Positions 17,443-23,658 of a DNA stretch of 23,658 nt are shown one piece after another (positions within the stretch are counted from its first letter, which is position 1; the number at the start of each line of letters is the position of its first letter). The notes under the pieces are model-generated. The model saw nothing but the letters and a program-made list of their open reading frames with translations, did not search any database and was not told the DNA's origin. Location of the stretch: contig JBEKGO010000037.1 of NCBI GenBank assembly GCA_050012755.1, positions 1 through 23,658 of the forward strand. Reading direction: 5' to 3'. The position numbers and the translations under genes are program-made. This stretch comes from Candidatus Bathyarchaeia archaeon (GTDB taxonomy: Archaea; Thermoproteota; Bathyarchaeia; Bathyarchaeales; Bathycorpusculaceae).

Positions 17443-17526
17443 AACTCCTTTTTCTGGGCAAAAATACGCGCAAAAGTAGATAGAGTTTTTAGTAAAAGAG
17501 TATCAGAGGCTTAGTAGGGATGTGTC

Positions 17527-18234
17527 GTGACAAAGGCTTTGTTTTTAGTTAACAGCTACCTCAAGGAATCCCGAGCGACTGTGGTTTCTGTTAAAGATGG
17601 AAAATTCGTGACCTTGAACCAAACAATCTTTTACGCCAAAGGAGGCGGCCAACCACATGACACTGGCAAGATTGTCAAAGACTCGGAAGTCTTCAATGTA
17701 GTCTACGTTGGCAAGTTCTCAGGGGAAATCTCTCACGAAATCGACCGAGTCGGGCTCCAACCTGGCGATAAAGTGTATTGCATCTTAAATTGGGATAGAC
17801 GGTACAAGCTAATGAGAAGTCACACAGCCGCGCATGTCCTCGCAGCTGTTCTAAACAAGGGGACAGGAGCACTCATAACGGGTAACCAGCTTGAAGAGGA
17901 TCATGTTCGATTCGATTTTAGCCTCGAAAAATTCGACAAGGCTCTCCTTGAATCATACCTCGCCAAGGCAAACAAGTTATTCGGCGCAGATATTCCTGTT
18001 ATTTGGTATGAGCTGCCCCGAGAAGAAGTGCTGCAAATACCTGGTATAGTTAAGATGGCTGAGGCGTTTCCTCCAGATCTTCCGATTCTTAGAATCGTCG
18101 AAATCGTTGGAGTGGACAAACAGGCGGATGGCGGCACCCACGTAAAAAACTTAAGAGAGATTGGAAAAGTCGAGCTTATGAAAACTGAAAACAAAGGAAA
18201 AAATAACAGACGCATCTACTTCAAACTTAACTAA
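17527..18234 (+). CDS. alaXM: Freestanding alanyl-tRNA editing protein AlaX-M
   Basis: TIFYAKGGGQPHDTG, MRSHTAAH (HxxxH), RIVEI, GGTHV..REIG, RRIYF; 235 aa. Confidence 0.93.
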   Translation: MTKALFLVNSYLKESRATVVSVKDGKFVTLNQTIFYAKGGGQPHDTGKIVKDSEVFNVVYVGKFSGEISHEIDRVGLQPGDKVYCILNWDRRYKLMRSHTAAHVLAAVLNKGTGALITGNQLEEDHVRFDFSLEKFDKALLESYLAKANKLFGADIPVIWYELPREEVLQIPGIVKMAEAFPPDLPILRIVEIVGVDKQADGGTHVKNLREIGKVELMKTENKGKNNRRIYFKLN

Positions 18235-18254
18235 TACTTTTTGACAATGTTGAC

Positions 18255-18280
18255 CCTGCCAAAGTTCGTGCTTGGGCAGG
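18255..18280 (+). terminator. GC-rich hairpin downstream of alaX
   Basis: CCTGCCAAAG-TTCGTG-CTTGGGCAGG; 9 of 10 stem positions pair. Confidence 0.35.
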
Positions 18281-18451
18281 TAATCTTGTAAATAAATTCG
18301 GGGAATAGTTGCTGAAATTGTATTTGAATAAATACTCAGTTTTGCCTTGCTTCGAACAAAAAACACTAAAGCCAATCTTCTCATAGCCTACACACAAATG
18401 TTCTTCATTAGTGCAAAAGATTATAAACAAATCCAGCCTTGCACACCAACT

Positions 18452-18571
18452 ATGTCATACGATGCATTCAAATGTCCAAATTGTAACGAAAAATTTGCCG
18501 ACCCTAAACAACTCCAAGAACACAGTGTGAAAGTACACAAAGGGCAAACAAAAAGCAGAGTAGTTTTTTAA
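18452..18571 (+). CDS. 39-aa stand-alone C2H2 zinc-finger protein
   Basis: MSYDAFKCPNCNEKFADPKQLQEHSVKVH fits F-x-C-x2-C-x3-F-x5-L-x2-H-x4-H exactly; in frame with track ORF 18347-18571. Confidence 0.78.
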   Translation: MSYDAFKCPNCNEKFADPKQLQEHSVKVHKGQTKSRVVF

Positions 18572-19113
18572 AATTCTGTATTGGAATTTTCAAGAATTAA
18601 CACCCATTCAGAGTTAATATTGACTATATAGATTCTGTGATAACTATAATCTATTTGGAAATGCTACATAAGGGAAGTCCAGTAATATTTTTTTGGTGAT
18701 GGAACTGAAAAGAGAAAAAAAAGCTAAGCAAGAAGAAAAGAATCAAAGTGAAAAGCCGTTCTTTTTTAAGCGAATTTAATTTTTTAGAATGCAAAGAGGG
18801 GAGAAGATGAGCAACAAAATAAAGACAAAGAATGGTAATTCGGAATTGTCTGACTGAATGTTCACTATCGATTTTGACCCAGCCAAATCCAGATTCTAAA
18901 AGAGCATGGAAAAACTAAATATCTGGCCCTGTGGCGTGGTCAGAGCAATGGATACGGTGCAATAGCCGTTGTTAAAAGGCGTGCCTTCTGCAATACTTCT
19001 TATTATAGAATTTGAAGAACCTTTTATCAGCTTCAAATACATTGTATTGAATAGTAATAGTTAATAAGTAGTTTCTACTTACAAATTCGCATTAAGTATG
19101 GTGAGGTGCTAAG

Positions 19114-19242
19114 ATGCTATCTCGTGATTGTGACGGATGCGAAAGACAGATTTTTGAATGTAAACGTCGTTTTGCCCATGTTTGTTTAGGCGAGAAGGTT
19201 TTCTGTCCAGACGGCACAGCCCATCTAGTTGACAGCAAATAG
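19114..19242 (+). CDS. 42-aa Cys/His-rich small protein (putative metal binder)
   Basis: Strong SD GGTGAGGTG at 19100-19108; MLSRDCDGCERQIFECKRRFAHVCLGEKVFCPDGTAHLVDSK. Below the ORF-track size cutoff. Confidence 0.68.
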   Translation: MLSRDCDGCERQIFECKRRFAHVCLGEKVFCPDGTAHLVDSK

Positions 19243-19416
19243 TCTAGGTCAAAGCGTAAGGTCATTTCTCCAAAGGCTTTTCCTTATTTCTTGTATATTG
19301 TAAATTAGTAGAATTTAGTTAGACAACTCTGTAGTCAACTTAAGTGCGTGCTTCACGGTGAATATTCTATGGTTGTTTTCAGGTGAAAGCAGCGTCATGG
19401 GTTTCTTTTCACTTGC

Positions 19417-19647
19417 TCAGATGCCGATAAGTAAGTCGTGGCCGTCCCCTTTCACTTCGTAGACTGGTAAATCGTGAGTTTGTCCAGAGATTGCTTTCCC
19501 CGTTATTACGTCGAAGCTTGAAAAATGGCTAGGACAAGTAACAATTGTGTTATTCAAAGTATCCTTGCCTAGCATAGCACTCAGATGGGGGCATTTATCG
19601 CCGACGTCATAGAACTTGCCATCAACATTAGCGATCAGTAGAGTAAC
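19417..19647 (-). pseudogene. Rieske [2Fe-2S] ferredoxin lacking its N-terminus
   Basis: Hand translation: VTLLIANVDGKFYDVGDKCPHLSAMLGKDTLNNTIVTCPSHFSSFDVITGKAISGQTHDLPVYEVKGDGHDLLIGI*. CxH and CxxH are intact; in-frame TAG at 19648-19650 and no ATG/GTG/TTG before the first motif. Confidence 0.82.
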
Positions 19648-19658
19648 CTAGCCAACAA

Positions 19659-20135
19659 TTAATGTCGATTTAATTCTTTTAGCAAAGCTCTAGCTTGATG
19701 CGGCAGGTCGGGCTTGTTTCTTCGGCCTAAAATCAAGAACAGGGAACCAATAGAAATTAACGCAATTCCGAAAAACGCTACACTCACTTTCGGCAAAATT
19801 CCAAAGCTAAGCCCGACAGTGAAAAATACCATTGCGATACCCATAACAACCATAATCGTATTGCTCATGGCAGCTGTTGAATACAAAGCAAATTCTTTCT
19901 TACCTGTCTCGGTAACAAGAAAATGATCCTGTTTCTCCTCAATCATACCTGCATTCATCAGGTAATTCCAATCGTAATGGAAGTGACCATCAGACTTGTA
20001 TCCTAATGCAGAACTTATGCTTGATTTTACCCCTGGTTCAGCTTTGATTTTACTGTTTGGGGCAGAATAGATGAAGTAAAGCAGTTTAGTTCTTGGTGAC
20101 TGAATATCCGCGTTTATTCCCCTTGATTTTGCCAT
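19659..20135 (-). CDS. Putative membrane-anchored winged-helix regulator (N-terminal wHTH, two C-terminal TM helices)
   Basis: RTKLLYFIY...ISSALGY..GHFHYDWNYLMNAGMIEE...FLVTETGK is a PadR/ArsR-like wHTH pattern; two hydrophobic helices follow; GGAG SD upstream on the minus strand. Confidence 0.7.
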   Translation of the reverse strand: MAKSRGINADIQSPRTKLLYFIYSAPNSKIKAEPGVKSSISSALGYKSDGHFHYDWNYLMNAGMIEEKQDHFLVTETGKKEFALYSTAAMSNTIMVVMGIAMVFFTVGLSFGILPKVSVAFFGIALISIGSLFLILGRRNKPDLPHQARALLKELNRH

Positions 20136-20233
20136 CGTATCAACTCCTTTTCACTGAATAACAAATGATGGCGAGTGCTCTGTAGCTTAGGTCTGTTTGC
20201 ATAATTTCACCAATAATTGTTTGTTTGCTTATG

Positions 20234-20302
20234 AATCTATGTCTTAGATTTGCTGCTCTAAGTGTTAGAGCTGTTTTAGAGTTGGTATTCTAAATGTTAG
20301 GG
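20234..20302. promoter_or_regulatory. Array of palindromic sites, consensus TCTA(A/T)NNNTTAG(A/G)
   Basis: AATCTATGTCTTAGATT (20234-20250), CTCTAAGTGTTAGAG (20256-20270), TTCTAAATGTTAGGG (20288-20302), plus a half-site at 20276; located in the divergent intergenic region. Confidence 0.65.
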
Positions 20303-20351
20303 CTATATCCGTCACTCACTTAATATGTTTCAAAAAATTGGAGGCAAAAAA

Positions 20352-21017
20352 ATGAACGTAAGTTTACAATACAGTAAAACTCTTGCTGGCGAAGGCGCAA
20401 TACTTCTTTTACTAAGCCTTGTTCCTTACGCCGGCTGGATATTAGGCATAATTGGTGTAATCTTGTTACTCAGGGCTATGAAAGAATTCTCAAACTATTA
20501 TCAAGATGAAGAAATCTACAAGAACTCGCTCACAGGTGTGAAATACTATATAGTTGCATTGGTAGCGGCTGGAGTTGCCATTGCTTCATTAGTGATTGGT
20601 ATATGGACCGCAACAGGCTTTACATTTACAACAGGCAACTTTGTACCAACAATTGCCTTTGGAGCTGGCTTAATAGCTTTCTTAGTGGGGCTTATCGTTG
20701 CTTTCGTATTCTACATACTTGCAGCATCGCACTTAAGAAGAACCTTCGATACACTTGCACTGAAATCAGGTGAAGCATCGTTTACCACTGCTGGCAATTT
20801 GCTCTGGTGGGGATCTATCCTGTCAATCATTCTCGTCGGCTTTGTGCTGATATTAATCGCTTGGATATTTGCTGCAATAGGATTCTTCACGATGAAAACC
20901 CCGCAACAGCAATCATACAGTCCACAGCAATATGCCACTCCCCCTTCTTCACAGCCTGAACAAGGAAACATGACCGAGAACAAAGGAATAAGCAACAATA
21001 ATCATCCGCAATTTTAA
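20352..21017 (+). CDS. DUF996 family membrane protein
   Basis: KTLAGEGAIL, LGIIGVILLLRAMKEFSNYYQDEEIY, F..AG.L.WWG.IL.IILVG...IAWI.AAIGFF pattern; ATG 20352 follows GGAGG (track start 20325). Confidence 0.8.
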   Translation: MNVSLQYSKTLAGEGAILLLLSLVPYAGWILGIIGVILLLRAMKEFSNYYQDEEIYKNSLTGVKYYIVALVAAGVAIASLVIGIWTATGFTFTTGNFVPTIAFGAGLIAFLVGLIVAFVFYILAASHLRRTFDTLALKSGEASFTTAGNLLWWGSILSIILVGFVLILIAWIFAAIGFFTMKTPQQQSYSPQQYATPPSSQPEQGNMTENKGISNNNHPQF

Positions 21018-21035
21018 ACAGAGGAGAGGGATTTA

Positions 21036-21605
21036 ATGACTGAGGAATACAGAATTGAAAAAGGCTCTGATTGGGGAAAATTCCTAAGAAAACACTGGAA
21101 AATATTTGCTTTGTTTGTAGTAGCAGTTATTTTGGCGGTTGGAGTTGCCGTCTATGTCTTTCTCTGGTTCACAGGAAACGCACAGTCAACCGGACTAGTA
21201 CCATCAAATCTAAGTCTGTGGACAATGAGCCATTTAGTGTCGTTTATTTTACATTCGATTTTCTGGGAGCTTCTCTTCATAGGCGTTCCAGCAATTGTCG
21301 CAGCGGTAGTAGGTTGGCAATGGTGGAAAAGACTGCCAGCTGAAGAAAAACAAGAATATCATCTCTTTGGCAAAGGCTCTCGGTCAAACAGAGCAGGAGG
21401 AGCAATCTCGCCATTACTCTTCATCGCATTTGCAATCAAAGTCTACGTTGACGGAAACTGGAATAATGCCATTTCAAGTTTTACATTAGACTATGTCGTA
21501 GGCTCAATGTTTACAATACTGCTTTGGATAGTTGCCATCGCCGCAATTCCAGCTACAATAGGGATCATCTGGTGGATACGCCACGAGATGAACAAAAAAC
21601 CTTAA
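21036..21605 (+). CDS. Hypothetical Trp-rich polytopic membrane protein (~4 TM)
   Basis: Clean ORF with GAGGAGAGG SD, four hydrophobic segments, 18 bp after the DUF996 gene. Confidence 0.8.
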   Translation: MTEEYRIEKGSDWGKFLRKHWKIFALFVVAVILAVGVAVYVFLWFTGNAQSTGLVPSNLSLWTMSHLVSFILHSIFWELLFIGVPAIVAAVVGWQWWKRLPAEEKQEYHLFGKGSRSNRAGGAISPLLFIAFAIKVYVDGNWNNAISSFTLDYVVGSMFTILLWIVAIAAIPATIGIIWWIRHEMNKKP

Positions 21606-21668
21606 TCCTTTTTTTGTTAAGCTACTTATTAAATACCATGTATGAAATACAAAGCGGAGGAACAGCGT

Positions 21669-22226
21669 ATGAATAAGGCTTTGATAGTTTATGGCACTCG
21701 CTATGGAACAACTGCGGGGACTTCAGAAATCATTGCGGATACTCTTCAACAACGAGGGTTTGAAGTTGAAGTTATTGATTCCCAAAAAGATAAAATCAGA
21801 AGCATAAGTGAGTTCGACCTCGTTATTGTTGGCAGTGGAATTCAAATGGGTAAATGGACTAAGGGACCTGAAAGTTTTCTTGAGAAATTCCAAAATGAGT
21901 TATCAAAAAAGAAGATTGCTCTCTTCGTGTCTTGTGGCAGTGCAAATCCACTATCCGAAGGGGAACAAAAGAACAAAGAAATGGATGAAGCGAAGAAGAA
22001 GTATCTTGAGGATAAAGCTGTTGAATACAAATTGAAACCAGTCGCTTTAGGTTTCTTTGGTGGATGCTATGACTTTAACAAGATGTCATGGTTTTTCAGA
22101 AGAACTCTTTCTTCAATCAAGCCAAAGCTCGAAGGTGCTGGTTACAAGGAATCAAAAACTGGGGTCTATGACTTAAGAGACTTTGATGCTATACGTAATT
22201 GGACAAGAGAAGTAGCTAAAAATTAA
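21669..22226 (+). CDS. Flavodoxin-domain protein (HemG/Flavodoxin_5-like)
   Basis: ALIVYGTRYGTT FMN loop, FDLVIVGSGI..GKW, FFGG, DLRDFDAIRNW; ATG 21669 follows GGAGG (track start 21642). Confidence 0.87.
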   Translation: MNKALIVYGTRYGTTAGTSEIIADTLQQRGFEVEVIDSQKDKIRSISEFDLVIVGSGIQMGKWTKGPESFLEKFQNELSKKKIALFVSCGSANPLSEGEQKNKEMDEAKKKYLEDKAVEYKLKPVALGFFGGCYDFNKMSWFFRRTLSSIKPKLEGAGYKESKTGVYDLRDFDAIRNWTREVAKN

Positions 22227-22246
22227 GTTGGAAGGTTGATTAACTC

Positions 22247-22753
22247 ATGAAGTCTTTGATAGTTTTAGTTTCCTACCATCATAAGAATACTCAGAAGATA
22301 GCGGAAGTTATGGCGAAAGTGCTTGATGCACAGATAAAAACTCCGCGACAAACTATCCCAGAAGAGCTTCAACAGTACGACTTGGTAGGTTTTGGGTCAG
22401 GGGTATATGCTGGGAAACACCACGAAAGTCTGCTTGACCTTGCCGATAAACTCCCACAAGTAACGGACAAGAAAGCATTCCTCTTCTCAACTAGTGGAAT
22501 GCCAATGGGCATTTCTGGTCAAAAACGATTAGAAGAATACACATACAAATGTAATGCGACTCTAAAAGAAACTCTTCAATCGAAAGGCTACCTAATTGTG
22601 GATGAGTTTGGATGTGCTGGTTTTAACACTAATAAATTCCTCAAGTATTTTGGTGGAATAAACAAAGGAAGACCTAATGCTGAAGACCTCAAACACGCTG
22701 AAGAGTTTGCTACAAAACTCATTTCTGAGGGAGAATATGGTAAGAAGAATTGA
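22247..22753 (+). CDS. Flavodoxin family protein
   Basis: SYHHKNTQKIA FMN loop, YDLVGFGSGVY.GKH, AFLFSTSG, GRPNAEDLKHAEEFA. Confidence 0.88.
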   Translation: MKSLIVLVSYHHKNTQKIAEVMAKVLDAQIKTPRQTIPEELQQYDLVGFGSGVYAGKHHESLLDLADKLPQVTDKKAFLFSTSGMPMGISGQKRLEEYTYKCNATLKETLQSKGYLIVDEFGCAGFNTNKFLKYFGGINKGRPNAEDLKHAEEFATKLISEGEYGKKN

Positions 22754-23126
22754 GAACCACTCAAAGTCTAAACCTGTGAGGAGTTTGATTGGTTTTTGTG
22801 GGATAGATTGTGGCGAATGCAAGGCTTATGTTGCCACCAAAGATAACGATGCCTTGATGAAGAAGTTAGTTGCTGAAGAATGGTCAAAGTTCTATGGACA
22901 TGAGGTGAAGCCTGAAGATATTAACTGTGTTGGTTGTGTGGTTGTTGAGGGACCTCACATTGGGTACTGTGACGTCTGCGAGATAAGGAATTGTGGAGTG
23001 CAAAAGAAGGTTGAAAACTGTGCCTACTGCATCGAATACGGTTGTGGCAAACTGGAAACTGTTCATTCTCGTTCATCCAAAGCAAAAGACACACTAGAAC
23101 AGATACATAAGCAGACCAAGAAATAA
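22737..23126 (+). CDS. DUF3795 family Cys-rich protein
   Basis: CGIDCGEC...CVGC...C..CEIRNC...NCAYCIEYGC pattern; likely ATG 22737 follows GAGGGAG (track start 22677). Confidence 0.82.
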   Translation: MVRRIENHSKSKPVRSLIGFCGIDCGECKAYVATKDNDALMKKLVAEEWSKFYGHEVKPEDINCVGCVVVEGPHIGYCDVCEIRNCGVQKKVENCAYCIEYGCGKLETVHSRSSKAKDTLEQIHKQTKK

Positions 23127-23316
23127 GTTGAATGATTCTTGTTTTTGCTTGGTTTCCTCTTTCTTTGATAGCATCAAACTCGAAACATTTACAGTTAACT
23201 TTTGCGGGTACTGGCTGAAAACATCATTTTCATCTTCTGATGTAGGGATAAAAGGCAAATATAACAGTGACTAACAAACACATATGCATGGCTCGGAGAT
23301 GGTTGTGACGGATGTA

Positions 23317-23658
23317 ATGGGAGAGAAAGCGTTCGCTGAAGAATTCTACAGTCGCCAACTTATAATGAAGGAACTCGGCGAAAAAGGGCAAGCGCGTTTG
23401 GCTAAGTCTAAAGTGGCTGTTGTCGGCGCAGGTGGTTTAGGCACGGTTTCTTCGCTTTATCTTGCTTTATCGGGTGTTGGTTATATTCGCTTGATTGATC
23501 AGGACATTGTTGAGCTGCAGAATCTTCACCGCCAAATCCTTTACACCAGCGCTGATTTGCATTATCCGAAAGCTGAAGTTGCTGCAAAACGACTGCAAGA
23601 ACTAAATCCGCTGATTAAAACTGAAGCATTCACTGAAAATGTGAACACCAGCAACGTT
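23317..23658 (+). CDS. MoeB/ThiF/UbaA E1-like adenylyltransferase (3' end outside window)
   Basis: Hand translation: YSRQL...GQARLAKSKVAVVGAGGLG...LALSGVG.I.LIDQDIVELQNLHRQILY...KAEVAAKRLQELNP. Alternative in-frame ATGs at 23284 and 23299. Confidence 0.92.
   Translation, partial: MGEKAFAEEFYSRQLIMKELGEKGQARLAKSKVAVVGAGGLGTVSSLYLALSGVGYIRLIDQDIVELQNLHRQILYTSADLHYPKAEVAAKRLQELNPLIKTEAFTENVNTSNV

Noticed and set aside
19648-19650. In-frame TAG before the Rieske domain as pyrrolysine read-through
   Set aside because: The upstream frame runs into the wHTH gene without Rieske-like N-terminal sequence, and no pyl genes are in the window.
390-23066. Numerous short antisense or overlapping ORFs in the track (e.g. 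390-617, 5469-5795, 8690-9082, 11435-11872, 17901-18215)
   Set aside because: They are shadows of well-supported genes on the opposite strand or in another frame, with no independent motifs.

Overview
Archaeal chromosomal window; gene content and style suggest Bathyarchaeia (inference, not verified by search). It starts with the tail of the spc ribosomal/secretion cluster (uL15, secY, DUF106/EMC3-like, cmk), with no adk between secY and DUF106. A patchwork of accessory genes follows: radical SAM, MgtA-type P-type ATPase with an unusual C-terminal extension, AIR-synthase-like protein plus ECF S component, TPR protein, EamA transporter, tag glycosylase, secreted Moco-domain protein, REC-PAS4 histidine kinase, AlaX, tiny zinc-binding proteins, a membrane-anchored wHTH regulator divergent from a DUF996/flavodoxin/DUF3795 cluster, and a partial MoeB/ThiF gene. 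Three decayed genes are visible (PEF-CTERM-like surface protein, PAS sensor, Rieske ferredoxin). The most striking unexplained signal is a dispersed non-coding element present twice (1831-1930 and 10276-10390): a homologous ~50-bp leader ending TAAATT..TTGCAGGT, followed in identical register by 6-7 units of a strictly 10-bp-phased repeat with a GTCAA or TTGAC core. A helically phased palindromic operator array (TCTAANNNTTAGA) lies next to the membrane-tethered wHTH gene. No rRNA, intact tRNA, CRISPR array or transposase was recognised.
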